64,000 nucleotides of DNA from a bacterium (GTDB lineage: Bacteria > Vulcanimicrobiota > Vulcanimicrobiia > Vulcanimicrobiales > SCRA01), in contig SCRI01000086.1 of NCBI GenBank assembly GCA_004298675.1, positions 130,456 through 194,455 of the forward strand, read 5' to 3'. The translations under genes and the position numbers were made by a program. Of this stretch, positions 19,432 to 28,245 are shown piece by piece; position 1 is the stretch's first letter, and each line of letters starts with the position of its first letter. Below the pieces are notes generated by a model. The model worked only from the letters and a program-made list of their open reading frames with translations, did no database searches and had not been told where the DNA came from.

Positions 19432-20109
19432 ATGGATCTCTCGCTGCTCCGCAAGATCCCGCTGTTCTCCGGGTTTGACGACGAGCAGATCGCCGAAGTC
19501 GGAAAGCTGGTGCAGACGCGGCGCGTCCCCAAGCACCAGATCATCGTGTACGAAGGTGACCCCGGCGATTCGTTCTACGTGTTGCTCAAGGGTTCGGTTG
19601 CCGTCTCGCACATGACCGGCGAGGGTAAGGAGACCATCCTCTCCATCCTCAAAGAGGGCGACTTCTTCGGCGAGATGGCGGTGCTGGACTCGTCGCTGCG
19701 CTCCGCCTCCGTGAAGACGCTCTCCGACGTCGAAGTGGGGCTGGTCACACGCGCCGACTTCCTCGACCTGCTTGGCAAGAATCCGTCGATTGGCCGCTCG
19801 CTGGTGATCGCGCTCTCGGAGCGTCTGCGCGACGCCAACCAGCAGATCGCGGCCTCGGCCTACCAGGACATCCGCAAACGCCTGGCGGCGCTGTTGTTGA
19901 AACTGGCGGAGAAGTTCGGCGAGCAGACGCCCGATGGCACGCGCATCACACAGCGCCTGACCAACCAAGAGATGGCGAGCATGGTCGGCACCACGCGCGA
20001 GACCGTCAACCGCACCCTCAACAAGTTCTGGGACGAGCAGTTGATCGACATGCGCACGGCCTACATCGTCATCAAGGACCCCAGCGCGCTGGAGAAGCAG
20101 CTAGAGTAG
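19432..20109 (+). CDS. Crp/Fnr family transcriptional regulator
   Basis: 225 aa. It has a cNMP-binding domain (GDFFGEMAVLD, RSASV) and a C-terminal helix-turn-helix (TNQEMASMVGTTRETVNRTL). Confidence 0.85.
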   Translation: MDLSLLRKIPLFSGFDDEQIAEVGKLVQTRRVPKHQIIVYEGDPGDSFYVLLKGSVAVSHMTGEGKETILSILKEGDFFGEMAVLDSSLRSASVKTLSDVEVGLVTRADFLDLLGKNPSIGRSLVIALSERLRDANQQIAASAYQDIRKRLAALLLKLAEKFGEQTPDGTRITQRLTNQEMASMVGTTRETVNRTLNKFWDEQLIDMRTAYIVIKDPSALEKQLE

Positions 20110-20143
20110 TCTAGCGGGGGCGCCGCGCGGGCATTGCGCGTGC

Positions 20144-20998
20144 GTGCCGATCTTCGCGCGCTTGCCGCTGCCCCTGGGAGTCCATGTCGATGCCGGCGGC
20201 TTCGCCATCTGCGAGCTGCACGCCGTGGCCCGCGGCGCGCAGCTGCGGCGCGTGATCTTCGAACGCTTCGACGGACGCGACCCCGCGCAGGCGCTGGCAG
20301 CGGCGGTGCGCGCCAACGGCTGGCGAAGCCGCAAATGCGTCGTTGCCGTCGCTACCGAGTGTGCCTCGCTGCACGTGCTGCATCTGCCGGGAATGCCGGC
20401 GCGCGAGCGGCGCGCCGCGGCCTATCTGGAGGCCGAGCGTCTGGCCCCGGCGCGCGAGGTGCCTCTGAGCATCGACGTCGAGCCGCTTGCCGGAGCCTGG
20501 CTGCTCGCGGCGGCGCCGCGCGCGGAGGTGTTGGGTGCGGCCGAGCGCGCGCGGGCTGCGGGGTTGCGCGTGCGCGCGGTCGACGTCGAGACGCTCGCTC
20601 TGGCGCGCGCGGCCGGCGCGCTGCCCGGCGATGCGATCGTCTGCGGCGGCAGCGCGCGCAGCATCCTGCATCTCGTGACGGAGAGCGCGCCGTTCGTGCG
20701 CGCGTGGTCCCGGCGCGTCAGCTGCACGGAACTGGCGGCGCCGTTGGCGGAGGCGCTGGAGTTCGCGGCTAGCCGCGGCTTCGGTGCCGCGCGCCGCGTC
20801 CTGCTCGCCGGGACGTTGGCCGCGGAGGACGGCGGCAGCGCGCGGCTGCAAGATGCGTTGGGGCGAGTTGTCGCGCCGGCCGAATTGTGCGCGCAGGTCG
20901 CGGTCTTGGAGCATCCGCTGGATTACGTTCGTGCCAGCGCGCCGCATTGGCTGACCGCGTGCGGCCTCGCGCTGTGGAGTCTCGCGTCGTGCGCGTGA
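20144..20998 (+). CDS. PilM-like pilus assembly protein (actin-like ATPase fold)
   Basis: 284 aa with a GTG start. The pattern LGVHVDAGG ... LHLPGMPARE ... AGLRVRAVDVETLALARA ... ILHLV follows the PilM layout. Low-complexity, Ala-rich composition makes this tentative. Confidence 0.55.
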   Translation: MPIFARLPLPLGVHVDAGGFAICELHAVARGAQLRRVIFERFDGRDPAQALAAAVRANGWRSRKCVVAVATECASLHVLHLPGMPARERRAAAYLEAERLAPAREVPLSIDVEPLAGAWLLAAAPRAEVLGAAERARAAGLRVRAVDVETLALARAAGALPGDAIVCGGSARSILHLVTESAPFVRAWSRRVSCTELAAPLAEALEFAASRGFGAARRVLLAGTLAAEDGGSARLQDALGRVVAPAELCAQVAVLEHPLDYVRASAPHWLTACGLALWSLASCA

Positions 20999-21504
20999 AT
21001 CTGCTGGAGCGCCGGCAGCCCGTTGCACCCGCGGCCCGCGCGGCGCGCGTGCTGCCGGCGCTAGCGCTCGTGCTGGCGTTGGCAGCGGCGGCCGCGCACG
21101 CGGCGGCGGCAAGCAGTGCCGAACGCGCCGCGCGCATCGCCCAGCTGCGCGCCGTGGCGCAAGCGCGGGCCGCGCCGGTGGAGCGCCTGCGCGCGCAGGT
21201 GACGCAGCTCGAACGCGCCGCAAGCGAGGCCGAGCATCTGCGTGCGACGGGTCCGCGCCTGGCCGCCCAGCTCGCGCGCTTGGCCGATGCGCTCCCGCGC
21301 GCTGCGTGGCTCACGGCGCTGGAGGTCGAGTCCGACGGCGCGTTGCGCATAAGCGGGCGTGCGCCCCAGTTTGCAACGGTGGGCGCGGTGCTCGCGGCGC
21401 TCGAGCGCGTGCATGCGTTCGGTGCGCCGCATCTGCTCGACGCGCAGCGCCCCAGCGATACCTCTGCGGCCCTGCGTTTTCAGATGGAGACACGCGCGCC
21501 GTAG
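20989..21504 (+). CDS. PilN-like pilus assembly protein
   Basis: The GTG at 20989 overlaps the pilM-like stop. It begins VRVNLLERR (PilN proteins typically begin xNLLP), followed by one transmembrane helix and a coiled-coil. Confidence 0.5.
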   Translation: MRVNLLERRQPVAPAARAARVLPALALVLALAAAAAHAAAASSAERAARIAQLRAVAQARAAPVERLRAQVTQLERAASEAEHLRATGPRLAAQLARLADALPRAAWLTALEVESDGALRISGRAPQFATVGAVLAALERVHAFGAPHLLDAQRPSDTSAALRFQMETRAP

Positions 21505-21540
21505 ATAAGGACGACGCGCCGCCACGGCGAAGTTGCCGCC

Positions 21541-22725
21541 ATGCCTACCGAGATCAACGACCGTGTCGTCGCGTGGCGGCGCTCCATTCACGCGCATCCC
21601 GAGCCGGGCTTTGAAGAGGAGCGGACCGCGGCGCTGATCGAGCGCGCGCTCGACGCCGCCGGCGTCGAGCATCGCCGGCTGGCGAAGACCGGCGTGGTGG
21701 GCGTGCTGCGCGGCGGGCTGCCCGGACGCGTGGTGGCGCTGCGTGCCGACATGGATTGCCTCTCCGTGCAGGAGCGCTCGGGCGAGCCGTTCGCTTCGGA
21801 GCGCGCGGGCTTCATGCACGCTTGCGGTCACGACGCGCACGTGGCGATGCTGCTGGGCGCGGCTACCGAGTTGGCGGCGCAGCGCGAGCACCTGCACGGG
21901 ACGGTGGTCTGCATCTTCCAGCCGGCGGAGGAGGGCCCCGGCGGCGCCAAGCCGATGATCGAGCAAGGCTGTCTGGACGATCCCAAGGTGGAGGCGATTG
22001 CCATGCTGCACGTCGACCCGCGCTGGGACACCGGTACGGCCGGAGTCACGCCCGGCCCCACCAACGCCGCCTCGGACGAAGTGCACATCGAGATCCGCGG
22101 CGTCGGCGGTCACGGCGCGCACCCGCACCGCGCGGTCGATGCCATCCCGGCCGCCGCGCACGTAGTCCTGGCGTTACAGAACGTCGTGGCGCGCGAGACC
22201 GATCCGTTGGCGTCGGTCGTGGTGACGATCGGCAAGATCGAGGGCGGTTACCGCAACAACGTCATCGCGGATCGCGTGCACTTAGCGGGCACGGTCCGCA
22301 CGCTCGATCCCGCCATCCGGTTGGCGACGCACGAGAAGATTCGCCGTATCGTCGAGCATGCGGCGGCCGCATACGGATGCTCGGCCGCCACGGAGTTCGG
22401 CCTAGGGTATCCCGTGCTGGTGAACGACCGCGTGCTCACGCCTGCGTACGCCGCATACTTGAAGGCTAAAGAGCCCGCACTGAGCGTGATCGAAACCATG
22501 CCGCCGACGATGGGCGGCGAGGACTTCGCCTTCTACGCCGAGCGCGTGCCGGGCGTCTCGTGCCGCCTAGGCGTGCGCAACGAGCAGAGCGGTGCTACCG
22601 CGATGATCCACAGCCCGGAGTTCAGACTGGATGAGCGGGCGCTGCCGATCGGCGTGCGTATGCTGACGCACTTCGCGCGCGGCTTCGCCGCGGGCGAGTT
22701 CGGCGCGCAGGCGTCGCAGGGCTAA
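21541..22725 (+). CDS. M20 family amidohydrolase (N-acyl-L-amino acid amidohydrolase / hippurate hydrolase type)
   Basis: 394 aa. Motifs: WRRSIHAHPEPGFEE, MHACGHDAH, FQPAEEGPGGAK, GGHGAHPH. Confidence 0.85.
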   Translation: MPTEINDRVVAWRRSIHAHPEPGFEEERTAALIERALDAAGVEHRRLAKTGVVGVLRGGLPGRVVALRADMDCLSVQERSGEPFASERAGFMHACGHDAHVAMLLGAATELAAQREHLHGTVVCIFQPAEEGPGGAKPMIEQGCLDDPKVEAIAMLHVDPRWDTGTAGVTPGPTNAASDEVHIEIRGVGGHGAHPHRAVDAIPAAAHVVLALQNVVARETDPLASVVVTIGKIEGGYRNNVIADRVHLAGTVRTLDPAIRLATHEKIRRIVEHAAAAYGCSAATEFGLGYPVLVNDRVLTPAYAAYLKAKEPALSVIETMPPTMGGEDFAFYAERVPGVSCRLGVRNEQSGATAMIHSPEFRLDERALPIGVRMLTHFARGFAAGEFGAQASQG

Positions 22726-23282
22726 ACCAGGCCGACCGGCTCGAGGCGGCCCCGCGCGAGGCCGCCGTTCTCGTCGAACAAGTCGTCGGCGAGGTGGACG
22801 CGCACCACGCGTCCGATGACCAAGTGGCCGCCGCCGGGCTCGTCACCGAGCTCGACGATACGGTGCGTCACGCACTCGAAGCTGACCGGGGACTCGGCCA
22901 CGCGCGGCGGGGCCACGTCGAGCGACGGCGCCGCCGTGACCCCCGCACGCGCGAACTCGTCGTCGGCGTCAGAGGTGAAACGCGCGGAGCGGCGCGCGGC
23001 ATCGGCGTGGCGGCGCGTGACGACGTTGACGACGAACTCGCCGCTGCCCTCGATGTTCCGCAACGTATCCTTCTTGAGCTCGGGCGAGTGGCCGCGCCGC
23101 AGCGGCGCGAAGGCCAGCGTCATCGGCCGCGCCGTCACGGGCATGAAGAAGGAGAACGGCGCCAGATTGCGTTCGCCCTTGGGCCCCAGCGTCGAGACCC
23201 AGGCGATCGGGCGCGGCAGAATCGTGTCGGCCAGGATCTGGTAGACGTCCTGCCACGGCCGATCGCTTGGGACCAAGTTCAT
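22722..23282 (-). CDS. flavin reductase family protein (FMN-binding split barrel)
   Basis: 186 aa. Motifs: RPIAWVSTL ... NLAPFSFF. The start forms an ATGA overlap with the upstream hmgA stop. Confidence 0.8.
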   Translation of the reverse strand: MNLVPSDRPWQDVYQILADTILPRPIAWVSTLGPKGERNLAPFSFFMPVTARPMTLAFAPLRRGHSPELKKDTLRNIEGSGEFVVNVVTRRHADAARRSARFTSDADDEFARAGVTAAPSLDVAPPRVAESPVSFECVTHRIVELGDEPGGGHLVIGRVVRVHLADDLFDENGGLARGRLEPVGLV

Positions 23283-24448
23283 CGAGGCGCTCCAACTCCG
23301 CTAGCCCAGGACGCGTAGTAGGCGCGGTCCTCGACGGTAAACGCTGCTTCGCTCAGGCGCAACGGCCGGAAGGTATCCACCATCGGCGCCAACTCGTTGG
23401 TCTCCTTGGTGCCTAGCGCGGCTTCGATCGTTCCAGGCTGCGGTCCGTGCCACGCGCCGGGCACGTGAATGGTGATCGAACCCCCCTCGATGCCGCGGCG
23501 GCTCATGAAGTTGCCGCTGGCGTAGTAGAGCACTTCGTCGCAGTCCACGTTGGAGTGGAAGTAGGGAACGGGTATCGCCTGCGGGTGAAAGTCGAACGGG
23601 CGCGGCACGAAGACGCAGAAAGCGGCGCCGGGGGCTTCGAACGTCTGATGCACCGGTGGCGGCAGATGCAGTTGCCCCACCAGTGGCGCGAAGTCGTGCG
23701 CGTTGAACGCGTACGGATAGCAGTAACCGTCCCAGCCCGCGACGTCGAAGGGATGGTTTTGCAGCGTGTAGATCGCGCTACGGCCGCGGCTCGTGACTCG
23801 CACCTCGAACGTTCCGGTGGCGTCAACGGGCGCCCCCAGCACCGGTGCGCGGAAGTCGCGCTCGTAGTAGGGCGCCAGCTCGAGCAGCTGACCGTAGGCG
23901 TTACGGTACTTCTTGGGAATCGTGATGGCGCCGCTGGATTCGTGCACCAGCATACGCGTGGGCGTTGTGGGCCGCAAGCGCCAGGTGATGCCGCAGGGGA
24001 TGACCACGAAGTCGTGCCGGCGATATGCCAGCTCGCCCAGCACCGACTCGACGACGCCCTCACCCTCGTGGATGAAGAGCAGCTCGTCGCCGCTGGCGTT
24101 GCGATAGAACCACTCCATGGGCGCGGTGACTTCGGCCACGGAGATGACGATGTCGTCGTTGCCCAGCACCGGCACGCGTGCCTCGACGGCGTTGCCTTTG
24201 CTCTCGATACGCTGCGCGCGCAGATGGCGGTTGAGCAGCGGATCGTTGGGGAGAAAGCGCGCCAGGGGGCGCTCCCAGGGGCGCACCTCCAGAGTAGCCG
24301 TGGGCGGGCGCAGATGATAGAGGAGCGAGTAAACGCTTTCGAAGCCCTTGGTCGAGAGCAGCTCCTCGGCGTAGAGTTCGCCGTCGGCCTTGCGGAATTG
24401 GATGTGGCGCTTGGGCGGCAAGGCGCCTTGACTGACGTAGAAGGGCAT
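23279..24448 (-). CDS. hmgA: homogentisate 1,2-dioxygenase (short cupin type)
   Basis: The ATG at 24448 (MPFYVSQGALPPKRHIQF). Motifs: ELLFIHEGEG and YFHSNVDCDEVLYY. The upstream 136 codons of the ORF are Arg/Pro-rich, non-protein-like sequence and were excluded. Confidence 0.8.
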   Translation of the reverse strand: MPFYVSQGALPPKRHIQFRKADGELYAEELLSTKGFESVYSLLYHLRPPTATLEVRPWERPLARFLPNDPLLNRHLRAQRIESKGNAVEARVPVLGNDDIVISVAEVTAPMEWFYRNASGDELLFIHEGEGVVESVLGELAYRRHDFVVIPCGITWRLRPTTPTRMLVHESSGAITIPKKYRNAYGQLLELAPYYERDFRAPVLGAPVDATGTFEVRVTSRGRSAIYTLQNHPFDVAGWDGYCYPYAFNAHDFAPLVGQLHLPPPVHQTFEAPGAAFCVFVPRPFDFHPQAIPVPYFHSNVDCDEVLYYASGNFMSRRGIEGGSITIHVPGAWHGPQPGTIEAALGTKETNELAPMVDTFRPLRLSEAAFTVEDRAYYASWASGVGAPR

Positions 24449-24561
24449 CGTAGTCGCGATCCTCGTCTGTGCGGAGTAAGACCTGCTATCCTTCGTTCCC
24501 GTGCGGCAGGAACTCTTGCGCGTGCGCAGGGATGGGGCCCGCCGCTCACCAACGCTTCGCC

Positions 24562-25026
24562 ATGGTTCAGGCCAGCGAGGAGATCGTCTCCGATGCCGGC
24601 GCCGCTTTCGCCTTGCTCTGCGAGGTGGAGAAATGGCCGGTGTGGCTCTCGCTGGCGCGCAGCGTCCGTCGCGTCGACGGCGAGCGCGCCCTAGGTCCAG
24701 GCAGCGAGATTGCGATGCAGGCGCCGCGGCTGGGTGCGCGGGAGGAGCTCTTCGTCGTGGAGCGCTTCTTGCAGGGGCATCTCCTGTATCTCGAGAGCGC
24801 TTACTCGTGCCGGCGCAGTTGGGAGTTTCGCATCGAGCGCAAAGGCGCGCGCGCACGGCTGGTGGCGACGCTAGCCTACCCCACCTACGGCGGCTGGCTC
24901 GGCGCCCAGGCCGAGCGCCTGCTCCATCGGCACGGCGTGGAGCGCGAGCTGCAGGCTTCCGTGGTGCACTTCAAGGGCTTGGTGGAGTTCGAGAACCACC
25001 CGGACCGCGTGCTGGCCGATTTTTAG
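24562..25026 (+). CDS. SRPBCC (polyketide cyclase/dehydrase-like) family protein
   Basis: The ATG at 24562. The ~155 aa size and the CEVEKWPVWL region are typical of SRPBCC ligand-binding proteins. Confidence 0.55.
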   Translation: MVQASEEIVSDAGAAFALLCEVEKWPVWLSLARSVRRVDGERALGPGSEIAMQAPRLGAREELFVVERFLQGHLLYLESAYSCRRSWEFRIERKGARARLVATLAYPTYGGWLGAQAERLLHRHGVERELQASVVHFKGLVEFENHPDRVLADF

Positions 25027-25032
25027 CAGTCG

Positions 25033-25062
25033 TTGACGTCGGCTGCTAACCTCCGGTAGAAT
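25033..25062 (+). promoter_or_regulatory. sigma-70-type promoter candidate
   Basis: TTGACG, an 18-nt spacer, then TAGAAT. An AAGGAG ribosome-binding site lies ahead of the GTG at 25102. Confidence 0.4.
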
Positions 25063-25101
25063 AGGCTTAGTTCGTCCTACTGAGGACAAAGGAGTTCCCT
25101 C

Positions 25102-25428
25102 GTGCCGCTCTACGAATACCTCTGCCGTGATTGTCGCGTACGCCACGACATCCGCCACGGTTTCGATGAGACGGCCGGCCCCTGCCCGGCTTGCGGAGGG
25201 GTGTTGGAGCGGGTCTTCCATGTCGGCGGGATCCACTTCAAGGGCTCCGGCTTCTACACCACCGATTACAAACGCAGCAACCCCGCGGCCGGTCCCTCGG
25301 CCTCGAATGGGTCGAGTGATTCCGCCAGCGCGAAGAGCGATGGCGCGGCAGCCAAGAGCGTCGCACCCGCCAAGAGCGATACCGCTGCCCCAGCCCCGGC
25401 TTCGAAGGCCGCGGAGAAGTCGGCCTAG
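25102..25428 (+). CDS. FmdB family zinc-ribbon protein
   Basis: MPLYEYLCRDC ... CPACGG is the FmdB/CxxC-x-CxxC signature. The C-terminal tail is low-complexity Ser/Ala/Lys. Confidence 0.75.
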   Translation: MPLYEYLCRDCRVRHDIRHGFDETAGPCPACGGVLERVFHVGGIHFKGSGFYTTDYKRSNPAAGPSASNGSSDSASAKSDGAAAKSVAPAKSDTAAPAPASKAAEKSA

Positions 25429-25431
25429 GCG

Positions 25432-25770
25432 ATGAGCGCGCACACGCTCGCCGGCTGGGCGACGGTGGCCGTGGTCGTCATCGTGGCGATCGTGCTGAGC
25501 GCCTACGCCGCGGCGCTGGCTTTGCGCGCGCGCCGGCTCACGCGACGGTTGGATCACCCGCTGCTCGTGCGCATCCGCGAGGCCAGCGTGCAGTTGCGCG
25601 CGCTCGAGGGTGCCCGCACCAAGTTTGAGGGACTAGCCAAGCGCGCAGCGGAGGCGGGTACCGTGCTCGCGCACACGTCGGCCGAACGCGAGCGCCTGCG
25701 CCGGGAAGGCGGGCAGGCCGTGAGCTCGATCTTTCGCGACCTGCGCTCGATCCGCGATCTGCTCTCGTAG
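25432..25770 (+). CDS. hypothetical membrane-anchored protein
   Basis: 112 aa with one N-terminal transmembrane helix and a helical Arg/Glu-rich tail. It starts 4 nt after the FmdB-like stop. Confidence 0.45.
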   Translation: MSAHTLAGWATVAVVVIVAIVLSAYAAALALRARRLTRRLDHPLLVRIREASVQLRALEGARTKFEGLAKRAAEAGTVLAHTSAERERLRREGGQAVSSIFRDLRSIRDLLS

Positions 25771-25784
25771 TCCGGAAACGCCGA

Positions 25785-26825
25785 CTAGATCGGCCCGGTC
25801 TCCTCGGGCGGCTCCCAATGCCAGCCCAGCGGCGGCTCGTCGACGCCTGGGGCGCCAAAGGACTGCTCTCCGTCGTCCTCCGGAGCAAAGGGTAGCTCTG
25901 CCGGCTCCGCACCCATCTGCGGTTGCGGCGGTTCACCGCTGAGGGGCTGGACGGCCGGCGCCGGCGCAGGCTCCGCTGCGGCCGGCGGCGGTTGCGGCTG
26001 TGGGGGCTGCGGCGGTGCAGCGGGCGCCACCGGTGCTGCAGGCGCCGTGGGCGCACCCTGTCCCACGGCTAGCAGCGCGGCGAGACTCTTGGGCGGCAGG
26101 GCGCCCTCTTTCTCCGCGACGCCGATCAAGACCAACCGCCCCTGCGGCAGCAGCTGCGCGCCAGGCTTGGCGGCCAGCTCGCGCAATTGGTCGATGTAGT
26201 ACTGCGGCGCCGCCTCGACCTTCATCGTGTCCAACAGCAGATTCAACGTGTCGACCAGGTAGTCGCGCGGCGGAGTCTTGGCGAACGCGAAGATCGCCTC
26301 GGCGACCTGCGGCTTGCTCATGGCCAGCAACTTGCGCCAGTAGCTGGGTGCTTGGTAGTACTCGAACTGTCCGAGCTCGCGTTTGGCGCGCGAGTAGAGC
26401 GTTGCGATGCGCTTGCCGATGGCGTCGCTCGGCGGCAGCGGCTCGACGATGACCACGCGTGCCGCGACGCGCGCCAACTCCTGCATGACGTCGGCGTGGA
26501 AGAGCGGATCGATCTCGTGCAGATAGCTGTTGGCGACGGCTACGTCGAAGCTGGCGTTCTTGGCGGGGATGGCGGAGGTGCTGCCGCGTAGCATCGTGGC
26601 CGCAAGGCTCTCGTAGCGCTTCATCACGTCGTCGTGTGACTCGATCACCGTGACCTGCGCGCCCTCGCCGAGCGCGCGCGCGATGTTCGCGGCATCGGAG
26701 CCGTAGCCGCAGAAGAGGACGCGGTCGCCCGCGGAGATGCCCATGGCATCCCACACCAGCGTGGCTAAGCGCTCCGATTCACGCTCGAACTCGGCGGGAT
26801 CGTAGACCGTCGCAATCTTGCTCAT
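25785..26825 (-). CDS. class I SAM-methyltransferase-like protein with proline-rich acidic C-terminal tail
   Basis: The ATG at 26825 forms an ATGA overlap with the aroA stop. There is a weak motif I (RVLFCGYGSD) and motif post-I (VTVIE). The last ~110 aa are a PAAP/PQPP low-complexity region. Confidence 0.5.
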   Translation of the reverse strand: MSKIATVYDPAEFERESERLATLVWDAMGISAGDRVLFCGYGSDAANIARALGEGAQVTVIESHDDVMKRYESLAATMLRGSTSAIPAKNASFDVAVANSYLHEIDPLFHADVMQELARVAARVVIVEPLPPSDAIGKRIATLYSRAKRELGQFEYYQAPSYWRKLLAMSKPQVAEAIFAFAKTPPRDYLVDTLNLLLDTMKVEAAPQYYIDQLRELAAKPGAQLLPQGRLVLIGVAEKEGALPPKSLAALLAVGQGAPTAPAAPVAPAAPPQPPQPQPPPAAAEPAPAPAVQPLSGEPPQPQMGAEPAELPFAPEDDGEQSFGAPGVDEPPLGWHWEPPEETGPI

Positions 26826-28114
26826 CGCTGCAGCTCCGCCCAGGCCTCGTGGAAGCGTGGATAACTCACCCGTGCGCACTGGGCGTCGTCGACGTAGACG
26901 CCGGCGGGGCTGGCTGCGGCTAGGGCGGCGGCGGCCATGGCGATGCGATGGTCGCCGTGGCTGGCCACCTCGATGCGCTCGTGCAGGTGTGCCGTTCCGG
27001 TGACGTCGAGACCGTCGGGATGGCGCGTGACGGCAATGCCCGCCGCCTCCAGCATCGCGGCGACCGTCTCGATGCGGTCGCTCTCCTTCACGCGCAGCTC
27101 GGCGGCGTTGCGAATATGCGTGGTGCCGCGCGCGAATGCCGCCGCCACCGCCAGCGCCGGCACTTCGTCGATCATCGTCGGCAGCAGCGCGGGATCGAGA
27201 TCGACGCCATGCAAAGCACTGGCACGCGCGATCACGTCGCCGACGGGCTCGCCGCAGACTTCGCGCTCGCCCTGGATCGTGAGGTTCGCGCCCATCGCGC
27301 GCAGCGCGCGCAGCAGGCCGTCGCGCGTGGGATTGAGGCAGAGTCGCTCCACGCGCACCTCCGAACCCGGCGTCACGAGCGCGCCCACGATCGCGAAGGC
27401 CGCGGCGCTGGGATCTCCGGGAACCTCGATGTCGCGCGCCTGCAGCGGCGACGGCGCCAGCTCGATGCGTTCGCCGTCCCAGGTGATGCGCGCGCCAAGA
27501 TAGCGCAGCATGCGCTCGGTGTGATCGCGCGAGCGCTCGTCTCCGCTGATCTGCGCCGTGGTTCCCGCAACCAGCGCGGCCAGCAGCAGTGCCGACTTCA
27601 CCTGTGCCGACGGCACGCGCAGACGTTGGGAGACGGCGTGCAGTCCCGCGTGCGCCCTCAGCGTCACGGGGGCGTGGCCCTCAACCGTATCGATCGCGGC
27701 GCCGGCCTCGCGCAGCGGCGCCGCCACGCGCTCCATCGGCCGGCGTGAGAGCGAGTCGTCGCCGCTGAGCCGGGCGGGCAGCGCGGCTCCGGCGAGGATG
27801 CCCATCAGCAGGCGCATCGTCGTGCCGGAGTTGAGGCAATCGACGTCGCCCGGCGCGGCGAGACGCTCCGGCGCGTGCAACGTGAGGTCGGGGCCGTCAC
27901 CGTCGATGCGCGCGCCCAGTGCCGTCACGGCGTTGCGCGTGGCCTGGAGGTCGGCACCGGTATTGAGATTGGTGAGTGAGAGCCGTCCGCGCGTCAGGGC
28001 TCCGATCAACAGCGCGCGATGGGAGATCGACTTGTCCGGAGCGACGCGTAGCGCGCCGTGTAAGGGCCCGGGACGGAAGCGGGTAGCGGAGGCGGATGAC
28101 ATCTTGCCGGGCAT
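26822..28114 (-). CDS. aroA: 3-phosphoshikimate 1-carboxyvinyltransferase (EPSP synthase)
   Basis: 430 aa. Motifs: VAPDKSISHRALL, LNSGTTMRLL, RVKESDR. Confidence 0.9.
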   Translation of the reverse strand: MPGKMSSASATRFRPGPLHGALRVAPDKSISHRALLIGALTRGRLSLTNLNTGADLQATRNAVTALGARIDGDGPDLTLHAPERLAAPGDVDCLNSGTTMRLLMGILAGAALPARLSGDDSLSRRPMERVAAPLREAGAAIDTVEGHAPVTLRAHAGLHAVSQRLRVPSAQVKSALLLAALVAGTTAQISGDERSRDHTERMLRYLGARITWDGERIELAPSPLQARDIEVPGDPSAAAFAIVGALVTPGSEVRVERLCLNPTRDGLLRALRAMGANLTIQGEREVCGEPVGDVIARASALHGVDLDPALLPTMIDEVPALAVAAAFARGTTHIRNAAELRVKESDRIETVAAMLEAAGIAVTRHPDGLDVTGTAHLHERIEVASHGDHRIAMAAAALAAASPAGVYVDDAQCARVSYPRFHEAWAELQR

Positions 28115-28161
28115 TCGCGTCCCGAGTAGATTGCGCCTATGGGCGGCTTCTTACTTCATTA

Positions 28162-28245
28162 TGGGGAAGGTGGGACTCGAACCCACACGGAGTCACCCCC
28201 GGACGCTTTTGAGGCGTCTGCGTCTACCGATTCCGCCACTTCCCC
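28162..28245 (-). tRNA. tRNA-Leu (anticodon CAA)
   Basis: The reverse complement folds as a type II tRNA. Acceptor GGGGAAG/CTTCCCC, anticodon arm GACGC-CTCAAAA-GCGTC, long variable arm, T-arm GTGGG-TTCGAGT-CCCAC. No CCA is encoded. Confidence 0.85.

Noticed and set aside
23279-24856. N-terminal extensions offered by the ORF track for several genes (hmgA 23279..24856, ispF 5169..5993, cysS 8150..9847, SBP 37739..39355, FAH 53627..55096, GntR 59061..59963, RraA-like 40091..41038).
   Set aside because: The extensions overlap neighbouring genes, are Arg/Pro-rich and non-protein-like. In each case they precede an internal Met where family-typical sequence begins, often with an ATGA/GTGA junction to the upstream gene.
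25800-26060. Apparent DNA-level repetitiveness (CCG/CAG/CCC-rich) that might be taken for a tandem repeat or a degenerate array.
   Set aside because: It is the coding sequence for the proline/alanine-rich tail of the methyltransferase-like protein on the minus strand. I could identify no fixed repeat unit and no spacer periodicity.
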